DNA of 64,000 nucleotides, from assembly GCA_038845975.1 (NCBI GenBank), contig JAWBQF010000003.1, positions 80,872-144,871 of the forward strand, given 5' to 3'. Below the pieces are notes generated by a model. That model did not search any database. It saw nothing but the letters and a program-made list of their open reading frames with translations, and was not told the DNA's origin. Made by a program: the position numbers and the translations under genes. The DNA is from Candidatus Methanomethylicia archaeon (GTDB taxonomy: Archaea > Thermoproteota > Methanomethylicia > CALHIW01). Positions 1 through 9,872 of this stretch are shown in pieces; position 1 is the stretch's first letter; every line of letters begins with the position of its first letter.

Positions 1-259
1 TATTATTAAGCTTATGTGATCCGCCGCAAAGTAAATCCTCCCTCTTCAAATATATTTTGAAGCCTACAAATCTACTGAGGTTTCTCGCATAGTAGAGTGG
101 TGTTGGTCTTCCACCGTAATCTCTTAGGAGCTCTATAAGCTCCTCTTGAAACTCTGGTGTTGGATATATTTTTTCGAATGCTTCTTCAAGCTCTATGAGG
201 GCCTGCATTAAAACCTCACTTATGTATTGTCCACCATATCTTCCAAACCTTCCCTTCAA
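1..259 (-). CDS. trpB: Tryptophan synthase beta chain, 5' part (runs off window)
   Basis: Read manually: GGTGA RBS, TTG start, [18 protein letters not shown]...[13 protein letters not shown]...[18 protein letters not shown] (TrpB1 PLP-lysine motif). Confidence 0.95.
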   Translation of the reverse strand, partial: MKGRFGRYGGQYISEVLMQALIELEEAFEKIYPTPEFQEELIELLRDYGGRPTPLYYARNLSRFVGFKIYLKREDLLCGGSHKLNN

Positions 260-269
260 GTACGTTCAC

Positions 270-604
270 CTAGTCATCTATAGCTATACTTGGAATCTTC
301 TTCCAGTAGCGTATAGCATGCCCCCAGTAATTTCCTTTACTGAGATTGGAGGATCATCCATACATATGGTATCTACTCTATCCTGTACTATAACTCTTCC
401 ATTCTTCACTATTACAATTATTTTAGGATCAAAGCCTATGAAGGAGTATTCCGTAAGATTCTCAGGTTCAGTAAGAGATTCTAGAATGTGGATGTAATCA
501 TAGTGTTGATGGATTTTTACGAAGAACTCCAAAGGGAATTTTCTGTTTTTAATCCTTATTATTTCTGGTTTATGGTTAATGGTTTTCTGGAAGTTTAAGG
601 TCAT
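270..604 (-). pseudogene. trpE: Anthranilate synthase component I, N-terminal remnant
   Basis: ILESLTEP...YSFIGFDP motif; after a frameshift/deletion the alternate frame reads DAIRYWKKIPSIAIDD*; chorismate-binding domain absent. Confidence 0.85.
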
Positions 605-668
605 ATTAATCCCACTTAATCATACGACATTTCCAACATATTAGTGGTTTATCTAGGTTAAGTATGAT

Positions 669-1469
669 TTATTTAGCTGTTTCATGTAGCTCTTGATTTA
701 GTAAACATAGCTCCATAACTTTACCTCTTATATCCCTAGCTTCACTTATAGCTGTTCCAACAAGTATTCCATCGGCATACTTCATTACGAACTTAACATC
801 ATCAACACATCTTATCCCTGACTCGCTTACTAGGAATTCCGCATTAACCATTTCCGAAAGTATTTCCGTCTTCTTAAGATCTTTATCCTCCCCCTCACCG
901 TTATTTATTCCTACAAGTCTTGTGGAAGTTCTGGATATTATTTCAGCATCTCTAGCTGTACTTATTTCAACTAACGGCTCCATATTGAAGCTTCTTCCAA
1001 GCTGTATTAGATCCTCTATATCCCTATGTTTTTCAAATTGGTCTGCTATGAGGAGGTATGAGCTTGCGCCTGTAGCTGCAGTTTCATATATTTGAAATTC
1101 CTCAATAATTAAATCCTTTCTTAAGGTTGGAATATTAAATAGTCTTGAGGTAACATATAGATAATATAGTGATCCACGATAGTATACGGGTTCAGTAAGT
1201 ATTGAGATGGCTGCTGCTCCACCCTTAATCATCTCCGATATTGTGGTAATAGGATCATAATAGAAGCGATATATGGCTCTAGGTGATGCTGGCTTAAACT
1301 CAGCTATAAGTGGAACCCTATCCTTAACTGATTTAAGCGTTGAAATGATGTTTAGCCTCATAATCTTTCTAGCTTCATCAGCAAGCTCTTCAAGCTGTTT
1401 AGTATCTATACGTTGCTTATCGTAGAGTATATGTCTACGCATATCACTAAATATTTCACTTCTACTCAT
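669..1469 (-). CDS. trpC: Indole-3-glycerol phosphate synthase
   Basis: LIAEFKPASP, AISILTEP, LRKD, VSESGI motifs; operon context. Confidence 0.92.
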   Translation of the reverse strand: MSRSEIFSDMRRHILYDKQRIDTKQLEELADEARKIMRLNIISTLKSVKDRVPLIAEFKPASPRAIYRFYYDPITTISEMIKGGAAAISILTEPVYYRGSLYYLYVTSRLFNIPTLRKDLIIEEFQIYETAATGASSYLLIADQFEKHRDIEDLIQLGRSFNMEPLVEISTARDAEIISRTSTRLVGINNGEGEDKDLKKTEILSEMVNAEFLVSESGIRCVDDVKFVMKYADGILVGTAISEARDIRGKVMELCLLNQELHETAK

Positions 1470-2549
1470 CTATATCCTCCATGAAGACTCAACTATTTCT
1501 TCAAGTTTCTTATAGGCTAATCCATCATCTATAATCTTCCCGGCAAGCTCAACCCCATCCCTAAAGCTTTTAACTAGCCTACCTACAAGAAGTGATCCTG
1601 CAGTATTTACAAGTAGGAAGTCTCTTTTCTCTTTCCTCTCCTCTCCTCTTAGAATTCTCCTTATTATTTCAGCATTACATTTAGGATTGTCCTCTTCAGG
1701 TTTTAAATCCTCCACTTTAGCCTTCTTAATCCCGAAATCCTCAGGAGTAACTTCATATATGTCTTTAACTCTACCATTCTCGATTTCTGCTATTAGTGTA
1801 GGTCCTGTATTTGAAACTTCATCCAGTCCATCCAATCCATGAACGACCAGAGCCTTAACGTATCCTAGTCTTGCAAGAACTTCAGCTACTGGTTTAACAA
1901 GCTCTCTCCTATATACTCCTAATACATGAGCCTTAACGTGAGCTGGATTTATTAATGGACCTATAACAGTATAGAATACTGTTTTAACTCCAAGTTCGCT
2001 TTCAGGCTTTAAAACCTTACCCATTACTGGATGGAATAGAGGAGCGTAGAGAAATGCGTATCCAACCGTTTCAATAAGTTTCTCAGCTTGGCTCTTCGTT
2101 AAATTTATGTTAATACCTAATGCCTCAAGTACATCTGCACTTCCTGACATATGGGAAATAGATCTACTTCCATGTTTTGCTACAGGTATTCCAGCGGCTG
2201 CAGTAACTATACTATTAGCAGTACTTACATTAAATGTTAATAATCCACCACCAGTACCACAAACATCAACAATTAAATTGTTAACTCTAGGCTTCACAAC
2301 AATAGCGTTTAAACGCATCCATTCAGCAATAGCTGTAAGCTCCTCAACACTAACACCCTTAATTGCTAATCCTATAAGAAAACCGCCGATCTGTGTATCT
2401 GTCACATGATTATTCTTTATCTCTTCAAGAACGTTAAATATCTCATCCCTACTTAACCTCTCTCCTCTTACAAGTTTATCTATAGCTTCCTGGATATGTA
2501 ATCCTTTAATTACCATTGGGACATAATTCCACCGGATATTAACGTTCAT
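1470..2549 (-). CDS. trpD: Anthranilate phosphoribosyltransferase (true start probably ATG at 2516)
   Basis: DVCGTGG, FNVST, KHGSRS, GSADVLEALG, GLDEVS motifs. Confidence 0.96.
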   Translation of the reverse strand: MNVNIRWNYVPMVIKGLHIQEAIDKLVRGERLSRDEIFNVLEEIKNNHVTDTQIGGFLIGLAIKGVSVEELTAIAEWMRLNAIVVKPRVNNLIVDVCGTGGGLLTFNVSTANSIVTAAAGIPVAKHGSRSISHMSGSADVLEALGININLTKSQAEKLIETVGYAFLYAPLFHPVMGKVLKPESELGVKTVFYTVIGPLINPAHVKAHVLGVYRRELVKPVAEVLARLGYVKALVVHGLDGLDEVSNTGPTLIAEIENGRVKDIYEVTPEDFGIKKAKVEDLKPEEDNPKCNAEIIRRILRGEERKEKRDFLLVNTAGSLLVGRLVKSFRDGVELAGKIIDDGLAYKKLEEIVESSWRI

Positions 2550-2946
2550 ATTAAGCTATTTAAGTCTTTCCTGTACAAAAATGAGTATTGCAAATCTAGT
2601 GAAGTTGTAATTTGTAGACTAGATCTAGTAGAGAATTATTGAAATCTGTTTAAGTAGCTTGCTGATTGTAGTATTGGATTTCCAGCCCATATATTAAACA
2701 TGTTCTGCAAGTTGTTGAAGTTATATTAGAGTTTGCGGTTTACTTGTATTTATTGCTTCTCTTGATTTACTGGATGCTTACTCATGTATTTAAGCGTTTT
2801 CTTCTATTTCATCAGTACAGCTTCCTATTGTTTATTATGTTAGGTTATGGTTTACTCAGCGTCTTAATATATTTATGAGTATGATTATCATTATTTATTA
2901 GCAGCTTAATGCTTAACATATACAATTCTAGGGATAGATTCCGTTA

Positions 2947-3074
2947 GCTTTGTGACTTAATATTCATTTCTCGTAATCTATATCATTAAATACTATGGTT
3001 ATAGGAATGTTTATTAAGCTTTTCGTAATTTATGTAAACTTGAATTTGCAAATTTCAGAATTAAGCCACAAAGC
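2947..3074. mobile_element. MITE with IS5/IS903-type TIRs, related to the element at 50204
   Basis: TIRs gctttgtgacttaat / attaagccacaaagc; flanking direct repeat attccgtt(a/t); no coding capacity. Confidence 0.8.
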
Positions 3075-3501
3075 ATTCCGTTTATTATTCTATAACTCCA
3101 TCTATATATCAATGATGTGTTAGTATTTTAGAGCTATTGACTAGTAATGGTTGCTAATTTTCTTGATTGTTTGATGGAGATTCTGATTATGGATTGAATG
3201 TTTATACACTTCTATCGCTTACATATTCTAGTGGATGGCTATTCATATGTATTTCCATGATTACATGATACTGGAATTACTATAAATCTATTGGAAGCTA
3301 ATCGATTAACTATGGAAACATTTAGTAATGGGGAAGAGATTAACAGAACTATATCATTCATTAAAGAAGCGGAATTGAACCTGTAAGCCCAATAAGATAC
3401 TAGTAGTAAAATTCAAGTTTACACTTATAGAATTTTCTTAATTCTACTTGAAGCTATAATGTTTACGTTAGATTTATATTTGTAGGGTTCATATATTTTC
3501 G

Positions 3502-3927
3502 GTGTTGGATATGCATTTATGGATTAAGGAGTTTGAGAAGGTTGTTGAAAGTATAAAAACATCTAATAGACGATTACAAACCCTTATAGAGCTTATGAAG
3601 TCTAAGAGGATTTCCCAATTAACATTTGAGTATTTAAAGAGAAGCTATGAATCTGAAGCTAAAAGTATCGAGGAGAGACGTAGAAGCCTACTTGATAGAT
3701 TAAGAAATTACCTTAACGAAATCGATCAGCAGATAAAATCTATTGAGAAACGTATTGTCAGCATTGAGGAGAGATATACTGTAGGGGAAATAGATGAGGA
3801 ATCCTACAAGAAACAGATAGAAGCATTACAAACAATACTTCAAGGAGTAACTGAAGAATTCGAATCTGTCAAGAAATCAATAGCTGTACTAGAGGAGTTA
3901 AAGATAGAGCTTCCAGGAGAACTATAG
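3502..3927 (+). CDS. CdvA-like coiled-coil protein (no PRC barrel)
   Basis: RRLQTLIELMKSKRISQLTFEYLK and EERYTVGEIDEESYKKQ match the CdvA coiled-coil pattern. Confidence 0.7.
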   Translation: MLDMHLWIKEFEKVVESIKTSNRRLQTLIELMKSKRISQLTFEYLKRSYESEAKSIEERRRSLLDRLRNYLNEIDQQIKSIEKRIVSIEERYTVGEIDEESYKKQIEALQTILQGVTEEFESVKKSIAVLEELKIELPGEL

Positions 3928-3986
3928 TAGAACCCATACTCTAAAATGAAATACTGTTAGTGTATGGAGTTACATAAAGGATTTAG

Positions 3987-4463
3987 ATGGCTAAGAGACA
4001 CTTAATGTTTTGTAAAGACTTTAAAGAGTTTGCTTATAACAAGTTTGAAAACTACATACTTAAAATTTTTGTTTTAGGTTCAGCTAAACGTGGAGAATGG
4101 GTTTACGGTAGGTCAGATATAGATATAATTGTTGTATTGAGGAGAAAAGGTGTTGAAAGCTTTATATGTAAGTATTATTGGTATTTAGATTTAAAATATG
4201 AAACAAACATAATAAACATACCGTTCTATCATCCTCCAATAATGTTTGTTAGAAATAATATAGATTATAAGCTTGCATTTATAGATTTAATTCCTAATAA
4301 ATCTCCACGTTTAAGTATGATTTTGAAGAAATCACTTCACTGTATAGTTCCAAGAATTAAATACTTAAAACCATGGCTTACAAAACATCCAGTAATTGCT
4401 AGTAATCTATTCCTAGCAATACTCCTCCCTATTAGGAGTCTAGCTAGAAAGCTAGAGTCGTAA
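3987..4463 (+). CDS. Minimal nucleotidyltransferase (Pol-beta/MNT family)
   Basis: FVLGSAKRGE...SDIDIIVV motif. Confidence 0.8.
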   Translation: MAKRHLMFCKDFKEFAYNKFENYILKIFVLGSAKRGEWVYGRSDIDIIVVLRRKGVESFICKYYWYLDLKYETNIINIPFYHPPIMFVRNNIDYKLAFIDLIPNKSPRLSMILKKSLHCIVPRIKYLKPWLTKHPVIASNLFLAILLPIRSLARKLES

Positions 4464-4623
4464 AGTCTAAATACCACCATTCTACATAGCTTAAGTTACA
4501 TTAAATTTGATGGGAGACATAAAGCTTTAGCTCTTGAATGAGTAAGTATACCAATACTATTCTAGGAGTATATTGCCTATTTTAGCATCTTACCTGTTTA
4601 CTATAATGAAAAATAATGGGGAT

Positions 4624-4914
4624 TTATTTAAGCTCCTCCTCGGTCCTCCTCTTTTTTACAGCTCTATCAAACAATATCCAGTTTCTATACCACTCCTCAT
4701 TCTCTCTTTTAAGCAGTTCAAGAATCATTTTAGTTAGCTCAATAGCACTTATATCTGAAACTCCCTTATCTAGAAGCCTTCCCTCAACGATCTTAGCTAT
4801 CTTTCTAGAAGCCTCCAATGCCGCGCCGGCCTTTAAACAGCTTACAACCACCTTTTCATATACGAATTCCTCTCTTGACCCGTTACGTTTAGAAACATAA
4901 ATCATAGACGTCAA
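4624..4914 (-). CDS. Stand-alone ATP-cone domain protein
   Basis: VSKRNGSREEFVYEKVVVS ATP-cone signature. Confidence 0.85.
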   Translation of the reverse strand: MTSMIYVSKRNGSREEFVYEKVVVSCLKAGAALEASRKIAKIVEGRLLDKGVSDISAIELTKMILELLKRENEEWYRNWILFDRAVKKRRTEEELK

Positions 4915-5176
4915 AATATTATTACCTAAATAATTTATAAAGTTTTACTATTATATCAATATTACCTCCATGTATTTAACTCTGAATAAGTTAATAAAGA
5001 TACATTTCAAAATCATTTCTTAATTCCCCGTGAAGTTCAAGTTTAAATCTTGATATAATGAATCTGTAATCATATTAATAACCATGACAATCTAGGAAAG
5101 TGAATTTAAGTTACTATGTCCAAATTTAAACAGGGAAAGTTTAAATATTGAAGGAATACTTAGCATGTAGAGTAGT

Positions 5177-5929
5177 ATGTCCTTTAAAAATTATGTTGAG
5201 AAGTTACAGCTTGAACAGCTTTTTCAAAGGCTATGTGTTTCTAATCCCGCATTATTAATAAAGGAGGTTAAACATTTCACAAATAAGGAAGCTGAAGATA
5301 GAGATAGAATTGTCTTGAATTATTTTGGAGAAAATGGAGTAAATCAAATAGTTAATACTATTTACGATTTCTTGTTTACATCACCAAGAATTTCTGTAAA
5401 TGCTAAAGTGTTGGATATCGGTGCTGGTACTGGTTTTTTCACGGTTAAACTATATAGTAAACTATGTGAAGAATTACCAGGGGTTCGTTTTTATGCTATG
5501 GATGCAACTCCAGCAATGCTCATATCATTAGAAAAGAAGAATACTGGAATAATACCATTTCTAGGCGTAGCGGAAAACATTAAGGGCAGTGTAAAAGAAG
5601 CAAGAAAATACTTTAAAATTCCAAGCAAATTTGACATAGCTTTTTCAACGCTGATGCTTCACCATGTTGCTGAACCAGAAAAAGTTTTCAAAAGTATTAA
5701 AGAAATTCTGAAAAGTAGAGGTAAAGCCATCGTTATAGATCTTTGTAAACACAATTTTGAAGAGTTTAAAACAGAAATGGGTGATATCCATCTAGGTTTC
5801 GACCTAGAAAGAATCAACGAGATGGCTTCTAAACATTTTTCAAGAATTAAAATTGAAAAGATTGCTAATATTCGCTGCGAATGCTCAAGCCGCTCCGCAG
5901 AAATATTTGCTGTTTCCCTGTGGAAATGA
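5177..5929 (+). CDS. Class I SAM-dependent methyltransferase
   Basis: VLDIGAGTG motif I, FDIAFSTLMLHH. Confidence 0.9.
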   Translation: MSFKNYVEKLQLEQLFQRLCVSNPALLIKEVKHFTNKEAEDRDRIVLNYFGENGVNQIVNTIYDFLFTSPRISVNAKVLDIGAGTGFFTVKLYSKLCEELPGVRFYAMDATPAMLISLEKKNTGIIPFLGVAENIKGSVKEARKYFKIPSKFDIAFSTLMLHHVAEPEKVFKSIKEILKSRGKAIVIDLCKHNFEEFKTEMGDIHLGFDLERINEMASKHFSRIKIEKIANIRCECSSRSAEIFAVSLWK

Positions 5930-6039
5930 TTGATAACCAGTAAAATAACATTATATAATATGGGAGTATAAAGCATACAGTTCGTCAAGTATATAGTAAA
6001 TTACAGATAGAAGCTTATAGGTAAAGAAAGAGTTTATAG

Positions 6040-6200
6040 AAAAGCTGATTTGAGGACTCGCAGCTGTTCATAGGAGGTAGACTGATAGAATACAGGAAGT
6101 GTTGCTCAGTGATGGATGGAGATGTCGCAGTAGTTTTGAGCCTTCAAATGTAGGGGCTGAACCTCCTTGAAAGCCCTTGATGAATTCGTAGAGAGGAAAT
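6040..6200 (+). pseudogene. tnpB: TnpB (IS200/IS605) 3'-end remnant
   Basis: Degenerate GGRLIEYRKCCSVMDGDVAVVLSLQM*G resembles the TnpB zinc-finger/RuvC-III end (CG..MDRD.VA.LNL). Confidence 0.5.
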
Positions 6201-6963
6201 AATTGAGTGGAGGTGAAAGTATATATATTTCCATCTAACCCAGAACCAGTAGCCTATATTGCTTAGCCATTATGTTTATATGCTCCTAAACATGGAAATG
6301 AAATTGATAAATTAAGATCATAGTTTAAAGGAGATAAGACATGGTCAATAATTATATATGGTAGAGAACTGAATAGATAAAGCTAGGTCTCCTTCCATAT
6401 AGATATGCAAGTCTTTTCCTCAATAAATACTTCCCAAAAGATAAAGTTAGAGGTATGCTATTCTTGGAGGGGCTCTATACCTATCTCTACAGATCAGAAT
6501 CCGCCTTAATCGAAAACAGAAGCTTAAATAATAAGTAACCTCCCCACTCTTTTAGAAGTCCTACGTAATTCTAAGTCAGAAAACTAGAGAGCTTCTTAAA
6601 TACATGACTATACTTCAAGCAATAGAACTATAAGTTCAAACGATCTTCCTAAGTATTTATAAATCTTAAAAGTCAAAACCCACACAATAAAGTATTAATT
6701 AAAAGTGGACTTAATACTAATGCTAGAATTACTACTAACATTAATACAATAAGCTTACTTGTTCTCTATATCCTCTAGATATAAATATTATTAGAGTGAT
6801 TTTACTCCTAGATACTATTAAGAATAATGCGAATACATTAGATTCCTCAATAACCTCACATATTCTAGTAATTTTAGTAACTAAAATATCGAATCATCTT
6901 AGTTGCTATATGTTTCTAATAGAAAAGCTTTAAATACAGTAAATAATAAATGAAGGTGGTAAG

Positions 6964-7110
6964 ATGAAAAAGCTATCGAAAAACCAAATATTAACATCAG
7001 TTTCAATTATTATACTGCTCTTTACAGCAATTATTAACTGGAACATTTACTCATGGCTGATTTTAATCGCTATAATCCTGATATTGATTGCATGGTATCT
7101 TCAAAAATGA
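6964..7110 (+). CDS. 48-aa hydrophobic membrane protein (below ORF-track cutoff)
   Basis: MKKLSKNQILTSVSIIILLFTAIINWNIYSWLILIAIILILIAWYLQK; AGGTGG RBS; BRE-TATA aaaagctttaaata at ~6923. Confidence 0.65.
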   Translation: MKKLSKNQILTSVSIIILLFTAIINWNIYSWLILIAIILILIAWYLQK

Positions 7111-7232
7111 AATTTAGCTACTATGTATTTTCCAATACTAAGTTTATAGAATTATTAGAATTTAAGTAACTAGCCGTAGCTTTTAAATATCTTAGATGGT
7201 CTCCATTACTAAGTTATAGCTTAATAAATCAA

Positions 7233-7543
7233 GATGTGGCAACTTAAGTTCACCTTTAGGTGGTTGTAGTATAATGATAGTTTATTAATAGGTTCAGTAT
7301 TCAATTTTCTCTTATCTAGGATTTTGTATTGGGTTAAGGTTATGCTGAGAATACTCTTATTCTCTGAATGATGATATCTTATCTACTATAAACCCATGAG
7401 CCTCAAGTAATACTTTACTTCTCAAACTAGACATCTAATATGAATACTATATCAGAATCTTAACCTCCAACAAGACCAAACCCTAATACTAACATAACAA
7501 TAAACAGTAGAGTTTACATAACTTATTAAGTTGCCATGTCCAA
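7233..7543. mobile_element. Internally deleted IS remnant with tggcaacttaa TIRs (second repeat family)
   Basis: Inverted ends atgtggcaacttaa / ttaagttgccatgtcc; the right ~65 bp recur inverted at 29636-29700, and a similar end sits at ~5108-5125. Confidence 0.6.
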
Positions 7544-7872
7544 TAAAGCATATGATTAACTTTATATGATGGCTTCCTCAATCCTTCTAGTTTCTTCCTC
7601 TCAGCCACGTCTTATAAATTCCTCTATTTCACGTTTATTATATGGATTCCTACATGTATTCTCAAGAGTCTCATTTATTCAATATGCCAGCGAGGTCAAG
7701 GTAGACAAGAACTCCTCCTATAGAGCTGCTTAACTTTTAAACCTCCTAGAAGTACCCATATCGTTAAGAATTGTTAAGAGGCAGTTCTACTCATCAAGAA
7801 GCTTCACTTATATCGATCTATAAATTTTTCTATATCTAGTTGGATTGCTATATTATTGAATGATCTATTATT

Positions 7873-8097
7873 TTATTCATGTAAGTTTCCTTGATTTTGT
7901 CTCTTCGGTTTAGGTATAACTATATATGTTATTATGCTTGCTATGATGTTTGCTAGAACGATGATTACGTATACTTCCTGCATATTCATTCCTGATAGAT
8001 TTAAACCTATCATCTTCCCCCATACAATCATGGCTGAAACTATAAATGAATTGAAAAGCTTCTCAAAAACCCACTTAGCAAATCTATATCTAATCAT
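7873..8097 (-). CDS. Small two-TM hypothetical membrane protein
   Basis: Two hydrophobic segments; TTTATAA box ~20 nt upstream. Confidence 0.55.
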   Translation of the reverse strand: MIRYRFAKWVFEKLFNSFIVSAMIVWGKMIGLNLSGMNMQEVYVIIVLANIIASIITYIVIPKPKRQNQGNLHE

Positions 8098-8174
8098 AAG
8101 ATTATCTAAAAATTAAGCTTATAAACCTCTAGTAGTTTTAACAATTCCCTAAATGATCCTATATTGTTAGTAAC

Positions 8175-8676
8175 ACTTTGTGAGCTTTAGCTTTATTTAA
8201 GTCTCCATTTACTTATGGTGAGGCTATGTCTAAAATTGTTAGGATTACTATGATTGATGATGCTATTACGAGTGTTAGTTCTAGGGTTAGGATTATGTAT
8301 ATTACTTGTTATTGAGGATATTATAGTATGATTTGATATTGTGAATACGTTTACATCTTTATTATTTATTAGGGAGGCTATTTATGGATCTAAAATAATT
8401 AGGTTAAGTGATATCTCAATATCATAGGGCTACATGTAAAATACTATAAGCATCAAATATATTTTACGAGGTCTAAATAGAGAGAATCATAAAGTTAAGA
8501 ATAAATAAGCTATTTGATAACTATATATGAGGGAAAACGCAATGATGAACAGCATTCATGCTTATGAAGTCAACTGCTTCATACTAAACAAACATGGATA
8601 AGGAAGATAAAAGCTAAGAATTCATAGAAACATAATACTAAAATAGAGAGAATCAAACATGCTTAAGTTCACAAAA
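8175..8676 (+). mobile_element. Highly degenerate IS6-family copy
   Basis: Aligns by eye with 16932 and 36988 copies (ctttagctttattt... to ...catgcttaagttcacaaa); internal deletions. Confidence 0.75.
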
Positions 8677-8921
8677 TTTCTAAATTTCTACCTTACAAAT
8701 ATAAGTAAATTGAAATATTAAATTATGGATAGAATCATTAGGATGATGGTTGAAGATTGTTATGATGATATAAATGGAAAATGTATGCTCCACCTCCATT
8801 TTAAACTTAGGAGGAAATATTACAGCATTTTTATTTAGCTTATTCGTTTTTATAGTTTTATAATTTATGCTTACAGGTTTTCTAGACGTTAGGTTTAAAT
8901 AGTATGGTTTAGTCTTGATAT

Positions 8922-9872
8922 GTGAGTTTAGAGTTTAAGTGTGGTAGGTGTAGTGCCCCATTAACATATACACCTGAATCCATATTTTCGGTTTGTGATT
9001 ATTGTGGTTACGTTAACTGGTTTAATGAAGAAGCTAAGGTAAAAATACTTGTTGCTCCTTCAAAGCCTAGAGAAGACATTATTAACGGTTTCTGGAGTAG
9101 GATGAGGATGGATAAGGATATGAGTAAATATGTAAGTATGATTAGTATTGAAGATGTTTACGGGGTTTATGTTCCGCTTTACATTTCAACAGTTAATGTA
9201 GATGTTGAATGGATTGGTTATAGGGTTGAAGCAAGGAGGAGTGGAAGAAATGTAACAACTAGTAAGGTTACGAGGAGGGGTAGGTTTAATACTGATATTA
9301 GACATGTTTATCATGCTAGAAGACATGTTGAAGAGTTTGGTTTAGATGAGCTTTGTGAGAGAGCTAAGGGTTTTAATGATTATGTAGCTTTAGATTCTTT
9401 AAGATGGGATGATGTTAAGCTTCAGGTTTTAAATGTTGAATACTCTATAAATGAAGTTTTAAATATTATTAGGGATGATGTTGAAGACCATGTTAGGGAT
9501 GATGTTAAGATGAGGGAGCGGCTTCACGGCTTCTACTATTACTCCTGTAAAACTGATGTTAGAGATGTTAAGCTTGTATTAGCTCCACTATGGATTATTA
9601 CATATAGGTTTAGAGGAGGAGTATTTAAGGTAGCGGTTTCAGGTTTCGATGTATCGATATTGAAGGCAAGTGAACCAGTATTTCTACATCAAAGACTAAT
9701 ATATATTATAGCTTCAATAATAGCAGCTATTACAGGATCCCTATTAATGATTATTACTGCTAGCGGGTTTTTTGAAGTTAGCTTATGGATTCCTATTTTC
9801 TTCCTAGTCATAATCCTTACTGGAGCTGGATTAGCAGCTAAAAGTATTAGTGATGTTAGGGAGGAGAAGTAA
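8922..9872 (+). CDS. Zinc-ribbon membrane protein (YdjG-like)
   Basis: N-terminal CxxC..CxxC; VYVPLY and APLWIITYRFRG motifs; 2 C-terminal TM helices. Confidence 0.75.
   Translation: MSLEFKCGRCSAPLTYTPESIFSVCDYCGYVNWFNEEAKVKILVAPSKPREDIINGFWSRMRMDKDMSKYVSMISIEDVYGVYVPLYISTVNVDVEWIGYRVEARRSGRNVTTSKVTRRGRFNTDIRHVYHARRHVEEFGLDELCERAKGFNDYVALDSLRWDDVKLQVLNVEYSINEVLNIIRDDVEDHVRDDVKMRERLHGFYYYSCKTDVRDVKLVLAPLWIITYRFRGGVFKVAVSGFDVSILKASEPVFLHQRLIYIIASIIAAITGSLLMIITASGFFEVSLWIPIFFLVIILTGAGLAAKSISDVREEK

Noticed and set aside
195-497. Antisense ORFs in the track (e.g. 195, 2107, 4616, 5659, 11181, 34471, 39226, 48526)
   Set aside because: Shadow ORFs opposite clearly recognisable genes
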